From the NCBI RefSeq assembly GCF_964204645.1, contig NC_134027.1:11626485-11690484 (forward strand): a stretch of DNA of 64,000 nucleotides. The letters are read 5' to 3'. Both the position numbers and the translations under genes were made by a program. Origin of the DNA: Tubulanus polymorphus (lineage: Eukaryota; Animalia; Nemertea). How positions within the stretch are numbered: position 1 is the stretch's first letter; each line of letters begins with the position of its first letter. A model generated the notes under the pieces. The model ran no database searches. It was not told where the DNA came from and saw only the letters and a program-made list of their open reading frames with translations. Shown here in pieces: positions 12,880-25,300 of this stretch.

Positions 12880-13530
12880 TCTTCCAAAATGGCAGCGAAT
12901 AATGCACTGCGCATGCGCACGACGATAAATCAGAAAGTTCATATTTTTAATATCATAAAATTATAGCAATGATTTCCATCCTGGTTCCATCCTTGTAATC
13001 TGTTCGAGGACCTTGGTAGCTTTAGATCAAGACGTCCATCTTATTAAATTTAGAATTGCCCATAAAAACGCTTTACATCTCTCCCTTTAGACCCTAAAAG
13101 TCAGATTTCGTTTTTAGTGAATTTTCATCATCAATCTTCATTGCCTCCGTTAGTTTTTACTTTTTAAATCAATTTGTATTGTTTTTGTACCCCGTCGATA
13201 AATCTCTTAGTTATCAAGCTTTTGGACAACATTTGTTTATACGCTGGGAATGGGAAACGCGGCGGATCAATAAAGGTGAACATTGATTTGAATTGTTATC
13301 GCAAATGTAGTTTGAATTTTTTATTTGATATTTACTTATGTTATTCCCTCTGGTTCATGTAAAATAGTGTGGTTTATGTGTTGAATATAATGTTTCGATC
13401 GATTGGTCTTGTGCGTTTCGTGCTATGTGGATTTAAAATCCAAAAGAAGTAAATAAAAGGTTTTTGAATTGAATTGAAACTAATGTAAAAATAAATCACT
13501 TCCGGGTTGTAAAATGTCAAAAATGGAGAG
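12880..13530. promoter_or_regulatory. Divergent promoter region between SFMBT and STIMATE
   Basis: YY1-like AAAATGGC (~12886), perfect NRF1 palindrome TGCGCATGCGCA (12908-12919), ETS/GABP-like CACTTCCGG (13497-13505), second YY1-like AAAATGG (~13520); lies between the SFMBT 5' exon and the STIMATE ATG. Confidence 0.6.
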
Positions 13531-13788
13531 AATGCGGTGAATTTTTGAGAACTAACTGGACTTTAGTCGGTAATTCTCGTGTTTATTCTTTACGGAAGAA
13601 TGTTAATACAGAGGACTACTGCAGTATACGTCGTTTTCAGTTCGGAAAAATCGGTGTAGCATTAAAATCAAGAAGAAAAGTTACCTTCAAAAAGTTCGTT
13701 TTATTTGTTTACTAACTACATACAACATACAGTAATTTACAGTCGACAGTCGTTGACAAGGAAAGGGGGAAGGCGTCGACGACTCAAA

Positions 13789-16700
13789 ATGAGTAAACCT
13801 ACAACGAACAGTCCCAGTGATGTCAGTGTTGTAAAGTTGAATATTACGGATGGACTGGCCGGTTTACACTGCGGGCCTGGTGCCCTGACTGGCGGCCTCG
13901 GACTTTTTGTCCAGGCAGTATTAGCTTTTATTGCATTTACAACGCTTATCGGTAAGTTGTGGCATAAGAGATGAAAATTTAGTTCATTCAGCGATCGGAC
14001 CATGGTTTGATTTCATAATATTTTCATAAATCTGTAATCTGATCTCTGCTCTGGGCCCAGTTTCGTTGAAAACTCAAATGTTCGGTTTATTAGTTACTTA
14101 TCGGCAGCTTCAATGATGACATCAATTCACCACACTTAATTTCAAACCTGTTGTCAGTTCACACACCTCAGGATGTCCGACGGATATTCACCACTTTCCC
14201 AAAACATGTTCACCCAGGTGTTGCCATCCTCTCTGGCAGTACCCAAGACATTTTTCTTTGAAAATGAATTAATAATGTCATGTCTGAAGCATCAATTTTA
14301 GACAGACATTCGCCATTTGTTCAAAATATGTTCACCATTCTTAGGTGATCGTCTGAGCGGATGGGTACAGACAGCAGATCGATCGATGCAGATTAGGTGT
14401 AGCTGTTATAAATTTTTCATGAAACTTGACTCAGGTCCATAGACATTCCCAGGAATGCTAGATACTAAATTTTTACCTTCCTGTCATTACCCTATCTGAC
14501 CTTTCAGTGCGTCTACACCACAATGCGGTGTATGAATCGGTGATGGATTTTGCTATTACACTGCACTGTGGTGCATTGATGTAATTAGTTTTTATCTCTA
14601 TACAAAGATGACAGCACCCGTCAAAAATAGTGAAATATTAGTACCTAACGATACTGCGGTGTAGACACATTGAAGTGCTATTCCTGTTATTCAATGCACT
14701 AGGGTGGAATTTTCCCAAATTTTCTTCAGCACAATAGGGTATTAATTAGTCAGCACTGAAAGGGTTAAGAAGCTCTAACCCTAATTGATTCTAAAATCTT
14801 ATGATATTAGACTTACCTCACATGACTTACCTCACACTTACCTCAACCTTATTCTTTTATAGCATTTTAAAATGCTCTGGCGTAATATGACCACAATTTC
14901 TGTCTTTGTATATGATTGTGTAAGTTAGGCGTTTGCTTCGTTAACTGGGGTGTGTGCAGGGAAGGGGTAAAATTCTGAAAAAGTTCCATAATCTCCAATG
15001 CAAATTCTGTTTACCTACAGCATTTCAATATGCACACAAAAATTGCAAATACCGGGCACTGGTAATATTATTTATTGATAGACTAGATGTGAATTTTAAA
15101 ACTTTGCCTAAAAAGGCCAGGGTTTTTTTTGCAAACAACGCAACAATTCTAGCTGAGTAGGTTCTTGGCTTATAGGTTGCATTCAGAATACTTGCAGTCT
15201 GATAGATTTATTCCCAACATTGTCTAAAAGATGATTGTTTTTCTACAGCTAAAAGATTTTGTGAACCTAAGTACGAACGAAGGCCGTGGTTGATATGGTT
15301 CTTCGACACATCTAAACAAGGTTTTGGTGCAACTGTGATTCATTTTTCAAATGTTTTCCTCGCTGATATGTTCCAAGGTGATCCGTGCACTTGGTGAGTT
15401 GGAATGCAATCGACATGTCGAAATATGCTTAGGCTAATATACAGCTTATGAATTGGATTTGATGTTTCATTGTTAACATTACATCGTCAATGCTGACAAA
15501 ATAGTCCGCGGCATTTCCGCGGCATTTTCATTTAAGTAACTCGCACATGTAGTCATCATATTGCCAGCTATTCTACCATACCCTATAATGCTCTGCTCAT
15601 TTATCAACCGGTTAGATGAGTTACCAACATGATTATCACAGGAAACCACCTCAACGAAGCGAGTTGGATTGAGTTTCGAAATGGCAGCTTTGTGGATCCA
15701 CATCCATGGGCACCATTGCAGCAACACTCTATTTTTAAGGCGACTCTTTCAACTGTCTAATGCAAGTGTTTACAGAGTTTATTTAGATAAAAACGGTTTT
15801 TGTATCGGGTTTTTCGGTAATCATAGATTACGGATAGATTATGGATTTATTTCAGTACCGCTAAATTGCTTATTCCCTCAGTAGGGATTTGAATCTGATG
15901 GCACTATGGAGGACCAAAGTCAGTCATGACTTTAGCCCAGAAGTGGTCTTTAATCTTAAGATCTGCCTTTAATTGTTAAGTTTGGTATAGATATAAGATG
16001 GTCGTAGACTGGTCTTAATTCAAACCATGACTGTGCGACTGGGCCTTGTTTTACAGTTGTAACTTGGTGGTCATGATGATGCCACATTCCGATACACAGG
16101 ATGCCCGCTGTACAGCCAGTCTACTTAGGGCTGCATTTTGAAACTATGAGCATCTCGTGGTGCCATCAGTTTTCGAATCCTTGCTAAGTAAGAATCTTAA
16201 TTTGACTAATGATAAGTGATAAATGTTTGACAGGTACGTCGTGAGCTTCCTCTTAGATTCGACTATTGGACTGCTGGTTATATACATCGGGCTCAAGATA
16301 GCTACGTATATCGTGACGAAAAAAGGCTGTGAATCGTTGAAATTCGGAGAATACGGTTAGAAAATTTTCACACTGTTTTTTTCCTCTCGAGGGGTAATAG
16401 GTTCATTTAGTTCCAAAAAAAAATTTGTTGAGAGGTGTTCATTGTAAAGAGGTTCTCTCACTTGAAAATGAGCTAAGATAATGTTGGTTCAAAATCATTT
16501 GGAAAAAGAGCATTTGTTATGATATGAGAGGTATTCATTATGGGAGATTTTACTGTACATGTATTACCTTAATTGGACCACTGGGAAAAATTACTCGTAG
16601 CCAACCAGTACTTACCCCATTCAGACATTCTACTTCTACATGTGAATTATGATCAATCCCCATTTTCTCATAACTTCTAATAGGCCATAACTGCTTGATT

Positions 16701-18113
16701 ACAAAATGTGGGGGTCAGGACGCCCCCCCCCCCAAAACCTTGAGGTCCCTTGAAAATTCCATCTCCAAAAGTGCCGGACTGAATGTTTTTTGGAAGATAT
16801 GTCAAAATGAAGCTTTAACAACTGAGAAGAATATCAAAATTTTCTAGTGGCAATTAGTTAAAGAAGTTCTAACAACTCGTAGTTAGTGTTATGTGAGCCA
16901 CGAAATCGCCGCTAAGCTTGGAAAAAGGCCTTAAATTTCAAAAGTGTACACCCCTTCTGTTGATGATGGATCCGCGTAATAAAAAGTCAGATATCTTTCT
17001 CATGGCTCGTATATTTCTTGCTATTTTGAGTCAGGTGCCTTGAGAATGAATAGAAAATTTACTAATTAAAACCTGATGATCTTTCGGGTACACTTTATAG
17101 AATAACCTTATTTTGAGAGCTACCTTAGTAACCTGTTGTCTAAAGCTCGTTAAGTGCTTATAACTGTAAGATTATGATAAAATCTCTGTATCATTGCAGG
17201 TAGTCCTCCTCAATGTAGTGCTTGGATAGGTCAGTGTGGTCTTTATATTTTAGTCATGCTAGTCGAGAAGATCCTTATGACTCTTCTTGTCCAATTCAGT
17301 TTCTGGAAAAAGGTATGATCTTAAAATGAAATGTTTAACTCGAAATACCTCTTTAAGTCAGCTCTGTGAATCTCGGAGATATTTTGGAGCTTCAGTTCTT
17401 CAAGCAATTTGTTATTTTTTATATCTTCCTAGTTTCGCAAATTTATCATGTCACCAATCAAAAATCCAAAGTTAGAACTGGTCATCGTGATGTTTATTGT
17501 GCCTCTTATTGTAAATGTAAGTACCATTGATAGTCAGAGTGGCTGGGAGGTTGAAGCATCAGTCCGTATAAATTACTATAAGCCTAAATCAATTATTGAA
17601 TGAATATTTGGTCAAATTATGGTAAGTAATGGGGAATTGCCAATATTTGTCGGGTAAAATAATGGAAAATCACTGGAATTTGATATGGATTGTCATTTAA
17701 ATGGACTAGGACGCCTGGATAGGTTGAGGGATATAAAGAAAAAGGAAAAGTTTGAAAACTGCTACTAAAAATTAAAAATGCTCTTTATTATTGTGTATAT
17801 TCTATGTAACTAAGATATCAATCAATCAATCAAAAATAATTTTCGCGTTTTCCAGGCGATTATATTCTGGGTCATCGACAACTTCCTCATGAAAAAAGTC
17901 AAGCAACGCCTTTCGAAATCGAACAAAAACGACGCATCGTCGAAAGTGAAATATTACAAGGCGGCCGACAAAGTGAAATGCTACGACAAAACGGACAAAG
18001 TCGAGGACTCCGACTCGGATGTCCTGCTCTCCGTCGACGAGGACAATCACGCGAGCGTCGATTCCCGATCGTCCGATCGGTACCAGCTACTTCAAAATTT
18101 GGCCATATCTTAA
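13789..18113 (+). CDS. STIMATE: Store-operated calcium entry regulator STIMATE (TMEM110)
   Basis: Exons 13789-13951, 15249-15393 (KRFCEPKYERRPWLIWFFDTSKQ..IHFSNVFLA..DPC), 16234-16355 (FLLDSTIG..LKFGEYG), 17200-17312 (PPQCSAWIGQC..EK), 17433-17516 (PKLELVIVMFIVPLIVN), 17856-18113 (FWVIDNFLMKK..stop). All GT-AG and in phase; motifs diagnostic of TMEM110. Confidence 0.95.
14497..14768. mobile_element. piggyBac-type MITE, copy 2 (STIMATE intron 1)
   Basis: Homologous to copy 1, opposite orientation; right end GCACTGAAAGGG|TTAA, left end slightly degenerate. Confidence 0.8.
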
Positions 18114-21100
18114 TTGCTCATTTGACTATTGAGCCCGATTAATAATAAACGCTCTCGGGCGTTCAATCATATCGAAGGGAAGTTATCGATTAACCGATGC
18201 ATGATACGAATATTTTAGATTGAAATGTTTAAATTATATGCATGATTATTCTTAGATATAGTATACCGGTAATCTTTTATGCGGTTGATCGACGAGTGAT
18301 TTTTGGGCCCAATTTCATAAAGTAGTGGAACCACTTTATAACAAACATGGACGTGATGATGAAACTAAGAATTTTGTCTCATTCAAGCAATTAGACACGT
18401 GATTCCACCAACTATCGGTGACAAAAAGGCATGGATTAATCCGGTCCCCTGTAGTTCGTTGTAACAAGGTTCTATTGTAGATTTTTTTATCGAAAAAATC
18501 CATAGAGATAAATTTTTTTTTACCTAAGTGACAACTGTATTGAAATACCAATGTGAAATCTGATCGACGCAGATAGCGATTATTGTTGAAATATTTTCCT
18601 GGCCTGTTTGGCCGATACAGTCAAACTTATGATCACAAATTGGGACTTAGAAGTAATGACTTCTTAGATGTGACAACTTAACCAAGTTTTGCTGTATAAG
18701 GTTTATCTGACAAATTTTAATGGTCCTAAAATATCATATTTGACTCTGGTTTTCTGTTGTTGAGACATGGTAAGATGGTACCTAGTGGTTTCAAGTATTA
18801 TTTGTTGGTTTACGATCAAGCTTTTGAGTGAGCTTGAAATATTTGCAGTTCTGGTAATGTATGTCAAAAGTCAAAAGTTTTGTTTGTTTATCGGCCTAAG
18901 TATGTAGTCACATAGTGAAATTTGCTCAGGGATTTCATTTGATCTTAGGTGATGAACCTTCGACTCAAGTCGATGCTTTACACCTCATAAAATGAGCCAA
19001 AATCGTGTCTGTAATGGTCATGAATTCTACCATATATTTTTCAATATTGTCTGCTTCAGTGCTGCTGCAATTTTAAAAGAATGTGATCGTTCTCGTTACG
19101 TTCATTATGCTTATTGTGAACGCAGTTATGGAATGCTGCCTACACGGCGTACAATGAAAAATAATGGAATTCTTTGAAGCGGCTCAATTTGCTACCTAAG
19201 ATACCACACCGTATTACCCTTTCGATCTTGCCATATCCTTATGAGAATGAATGGTGTTTATATATGGTGGCATGCGTTTGGGAACTAATTCTCTCTAATT
19301 GTAATGATTCCACGAAACAAACCAAGACCCTAGTTTTTTACAACGTCTGTAAGAATCAAACATCCTTATTCTTATATTTTATCCTTGCGGTTCGCCTAAT
19401 GGTAGTAGTTTTGTCCGGAAAAAGATTGAAGATTTCTGCCTGGCTTTAGGATTAACGCTTTATCGTAAGTGATTCCTTTAACCTTACTAGTTTTTTACCG
19501 TGCCATGAAAAAAAACTGGAAATATCTGGCTGGCTTTGTTATTCTTTCTCACAGCTGTGTGTAGCATGAATGTAAGTATCACTCCTCATTTATTGTCACT
19601 GATTATACCAATAATGTTATTGTTTGGTTTAAGTGCATATGTTACGTCTTAGGTTGTCGCCCTTTGGTTACAATGTAAAAACTCAAGCCCGAGATAAAAA
19701 ACTACAGGCGCGTTTCCAAGGGGAGGTGCAGGGGGATGTGCACCCATCCTAAAGATGCCGGATTACCTGAATTTTTTCAGGAAAAGGAATAATAACAAAA
19801 TGATACCTTAAAGTATAAGTTGATTAGGCTAGGTTGTTCTCTGAATTTCTATGAATGAGTTTATATTTTCTGATGAGCTTTCTTTCCGAGTGCCCTTTTA
19901 ATTATATGATATGCCCTATTTCGTGGTTGTGCCCCTGCCTGAATCACACCCCAGATCCATCCCTGAATTTGGCTGAACCTGTACATAATTAAATTAAAAC
20001 CCACTATATATGCAAATTCAGGTTAAAAAAATAATTTCATTAATCAGAGTTCAGTTGGAATAATGATATTCCCAGCATGTTTGTTTTGATTATGACTTTG
20101 TTTTAGTGGGTTGTATTGATTGGCTGACAAATGCTGTTATTGATTTAGATGTTTGTGCATATCTTCAGTACACTTGAATAAATAAAGCTCGCATTGTGTA
20201 CATCAGTGAAATAAAGGATCGTCCGGCAAGACTTAAGTGAAAATGGAATACTGACTACATTGATTGAAGTTTGGTTCCAATCTTATGAAATACAATACAC
20301 TCCGCTTGCCATGGAACTGATTGTTCGAATTGTATAGTGCGTAATATAATATGATATTGAATTTGGAGATCAATTGAGCAAATTTACTATCGAAAAAATG
20401 TTGGCGTTAAGAGAGAACCTGGCGTTAAAAACGATGGCATTATAACGAACTTTGGCTGTACAGTCAAACGCTTACGTCATCGTAGTGGGGACGATCATGT
20501 TGATGACGTCGAAATAGTGACGTGCAAGTAAATAGACTTGGAAATAAAATTAAGGTCTAAAAAAAAAGACATGACTTAAGTGACTTAGACTTTGACTGAA
20601 ATATTCCAACTCCAAATTAAGTGATGCTGATTTTTCATTGTTGCTCAGAAATTCACCGAGCTCTATTATGATCCGAGGCTAGTGGAGTCCACTGTGCTGT
20701 CAGTCCTTATTGAAGATGGAATCTGAATGTATTTGCTACATTAGACTCCACTTCAAACACGGCCATGTGCTTCAGGTTGTTGCGTGCCTCAGACAAAATT
20801 ATTGACATTTTTCTCAAATTCATGTGATGACCCATGGTCGTTCCCAATGCCTCGAACAAAAAAGCCATTGGTCTCGCCAGATCCAAGGCAGGCGGTGTCT
20901 ACTCTACCATGTATGTGAAAGGCTTATTAATCTCCATTATCTTGAAATTGTTAGTAACACAAAAATCAAACTGGAAACACCGATCAGTAGTTTTTGATAA
21001 ACTGCTCGAATTCGGTGTTGTCACCAAATATGGTTGAATTGTTAGATTGAGATATGAATAATAAGAATTTTTTTACGTATTATATTTTTTTATCATTTGT

Positions 21101-22373
21101 CAACGATCATCAATCGATTGTGCGAAACGTAGTAGAGAACGTGTTTTTATGTAAAACGTATGCAATACAAAAAGCAAATGTATTATATAGTAATAGTAAC
21201 AACCTTTTCAGTTCATGTTTTGAAATGATGATTGTATTTCTTTCATGTGTTCTGCGCAACAGGCCGATATTAAGGGGTTTTGAAAGAATCCCTACCCCAC
21301 TTGTCAATGATGGTCCACCCAGATGTCGGCCAATGAAGTTTGAGAATCAAAGCAAAATTTCATTGACCTTATATCGGGTAAATCTGTTTTACACCCTGAT
21401 GTCAAACACTATAATTGCTCATGCAACTAATTTTCATAAGTATATTCTGACTGCGGCAGTACTCAATTTAAAGACTTGTGTGTGCGCCATACAAAAGTTC
21501 CACTTTCATGGAAATTAAACCCCCCATGGGCCACTGCTCATTCAAACATTGATTGGATAGTCTTATTGCGGAGACTCTTGTTCATTTTCATGAATACAGC
21601 TTGCCTGCTGTTCAAAGGGCATATGGAACCTGACTAAGTCGGCCATCGATTTGTGACAAATTACATGTATATACATCATGTAACATCGTATATTAACAGA
21701 CAACAGTGTGCTTGACAAAATTATTGTACTGGTAACTAATTGTAATTTATTGCTTGTGCATTTAATTTGTATAAAAGTTTTAATAAATCATGATTCTGGA
21801 GTGTGTTGAATTCATACTTTTGACTTTTAAAATCTTTTTTTTTTAAATCATTTTTTCAGTGGTGTTTGCTAAATGTTTTATACAGTTGACATAGAATAAG
21901 TGTGTTTAAGGCCTCCAAAAATAGATTGACTGATTGGTGGAGAGTCATTCATGATTGGGCTGCTGACCCTAATCCTTATCCTGAGATCTGTTTAGTAAGG
22001 GGCGTGGATAAGGGCTGGGAAGGTATTGCTGACACCGGTCCGGTAATCCCGCATTCAAATCGGTTGAATGATAAAAATATTTTAGGCTGTTTGTACTTTT
22101 TGTCAAAGTGAAAGTAACCGAGAACTTCCGTATTTGTTATAGCCGTATTTGTTTATACCGGTTACATTTCAGTCCCAGCTATGGGCGGGGTCTGTAGAAG
22201 GGTCGAAGCGTAAGAAAAATTGATGGCAAACTTCGAGATTCTAGAATCATGAGCTATCGCGCAGATATTATTCGCGTATTAGTCGTTCCCTAGATTACCG
22301 GCGCCCGCAGAAATTAATACACTCGCCGCCCAACAAATTTTCTTTAGTTCCTTTAAACGGAGGCGAGAAAGCG

Positions 22374-25300
22374 ATGTTGTTTAGATACATCCCGGAAATG
22401 GCATGCTCAAGTTGGATTTTGTTTCTTTTCGCCGGATTATCAATCGCTAACGTTACTCCCGACGAATGTGGGCAAGGTACATGTACGGCATCAAATAAAG
22501 TCGAAAATGAGAAAGCAAAATATCGTCTTGGTAAGTACTGTCATGAGCCCTGGAATTAAGAAATTGAAATATTCTCCCAAACTCACACCTGCAGTGCAGC
22601 CTCTTTTTTGTTGAACTCGTGTCTTTCTGTCTGGTAGCAGGTCAACTCGTACCCTATTATTGCGGAAATATTTTCCCTGCATTTTTACAAGCTGTTCATC
22701 GCACTTACTTAAAAAACTAATTTTTCCTATTTTGATTTTTGAATAAAGCCCTGTTCAACATCAAAAGCAAAAAAGCATGAATTTTCCTTTTGCGACTCAG
22801 GTAATAGCGGGCATCCTTATTACCGAGATGACGTATTTTACCGAGATGAACCGAGATGAAATTAAATATAACATATTTATTTATTCCTTATCGATTTTTA
22901 CAATTGAAATCATATTATATCAGTAATAAATGCCTACTGGAGTCATATTTTACATATTTTGTCGGATATTTTAGTAGAAAAATTACTTTTAACTTTACCG
23001 AGATGAAATCGTCGATCAATCAAATTCAATGAAAATTTATTGCTTACTGAGTTTACGTATTGGAAGTCAAAATTTTTTTGAATAAAAAGATATGTAAAAT
23101 AAGACTAGAAGGTATTTATTACTGATATAACATGATTTCAAGTGTTAAAATCGATAAGGAATAAATAAATATGTTATAGTTAATTTATATATTAAGTTAT
23201 AGTTAAGTCATATTTTTCCGGATATTTTGTAAAATAAATTTTGACTTCAAATACGTAATCGCGGTTAGCAATAAAATTTCATTGAATTTGATCGATCGAC
23301 GATCTCATCTCGGTAAAGTTAAAAGTTATTTTTCTACAAAAATATTCGACAAAATATGTAAAATATGACTCCAGCCAGGTATTTATTACTGATATGATAT
23401 GATTTCAAGTGTTAAAATCGATAAGGAATAAATAAATATGTAATATTTCAACTCATCTCGGTTGATCTCGGTAAAATACGTCATCTCGGTAATAAGGATG
23501 ACCGGTAATAGAATATATTTTTGACTTCTAGTGTGAAAAATCCTTTTTCTGATGATATGGTTACACATGTAGTGTTTTTTTTAAATTTTTTGTAATAAAT
23601 ACCAACAAGATTCTATATGAAATGATAAACAGGGTAAAAGTTGAACATAGATAGTTAAATACATTAAGATTTAAAAAACAGGTTCTCGTACGAGTTGGCC
23701 AGTTATGTCCTACACACGTCTTACTTTTCTGAAAAAGTTGGTGACATTCTCAAATTCATGTTACTTGACTCCCAATTTCTCATTTTTTAGATGCCAGATG
23801 GAAACCGTATAGAGCTAAGATCGCAAAAGCCTTGCAGGAATACGTAGAATGTAGCTCAGAAAATTGTGACTGCCATTCTAGGTATGTTATGATTTAAAAG
23901 AATTAATGAGAACATCAATTTTCAAATTCCGTTTAATAAAAGGGTGCCTTCAACTTCGTGATGTAAATCTATTGAATATTGGGTTTAATCTCCTGAAGCT
24001 CAATTTATATCAACACATTGATTACCATATTTCAACGGGTTACTATTCCATATTGATTATCCTTACCCACAGTATTGGATGAAAAACAATACAATACTGT
24101 TCTATTCAGAGAAATTATCTTTGATTAAAAATTTTCTTTACTATTTATATTACTCAAATTGCCTAGGCCTATTTTACGATCACACGCCAATTACACTTTT
24201 ACTTGGAGTAATATATATGGTACTGTAACGAAAATGTTTTAGTAGAACAGTATCATATTTTAATCTGATAAGTGCGAGTAAGGAAAACAAATATGGAGTA
24301 ACTTTGTGTAAATATGAAGAAACCCACCGAGAGTAGTGCATCGAAGTAATGTGGAGTAACCCATACAATTGAATAGTAAAGCAATGAAGTAACCGATAGT
24401 AAGCTCTAGTAAGAAGGGATCTAGGCCTATAGTGATTTAACCAATAAAGTAATCCATCATAATATGTAGTAAGGTATAGTGATATGATACAAGATCCTCA
24501 CTACTCCTTGGTGCCTTAAAAAACTCCTTCTAAACAGGAAATGCTTTTAAAAGGTGCTTGAAACTCCTTTAGGTTGATTTGAGCGAAATGCCCAAAACTC
24601 CTTCAATTTTGAGGAATAAGCAATTTGAAATGCTTAGTTGTAAACTACGTCTAAACCATTTATTTACCCCAATTAGTTGGTTACTGAATTAGAAATTGAG
24701 TTTAGTTGTGTAAAGGATAAAAATTTGTTTATGAAAAAACCGTATTAATGGTTTGCCAAGATAAACAGTACTGACTTAGGAGGAGTCGACGATAATTGGA
24801 ATATGAAAGTGATGCAGGCACTTCTTCGGAATTTGAAATTTTCGTCTTTAAAACGAATTATATGACCGATCTGTAGGGACCCTGTAATAGGAAAGTTAAT
24901 TAGGCCATAGGCCTAAGTATAACATTAACGATCCTTGCCCAATACCTTTAATTTTTTTCTAGCAGAACATATAAGATCAGTATAGAATGTGCTATCATCA
25001 GAAAATCATGATCGACTGAATTATTTTCGATTGGGAAGCGAGCATAAGTTGTTTGCGTGGTCAAAAGTTTGTCTTGAAATTCCAAACTTTTTTGTACAAA
25101 AAATACACCTTTTTCGCTGGAAAATTTGCCAGAATTGCCCTGTTACGTAAATTCCTGGCTTCCATTCACTGGATCGTGAAAAACTGCGTATCTCTTTTTG
25201 TGCCGTATATTTTAACGCGGCATGAAATGATGAAAATATACCAACTGTCTATTGAATAACGAGGCATTGGTGGTGTCTGGTGTATCCTTTAACGCTATTT

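Noticed and set aside
20710-20756. 47-nt hairpin downstream of STIMATE
   Set aside because: Too short for a confident pre-miRNA call and no recognised family.
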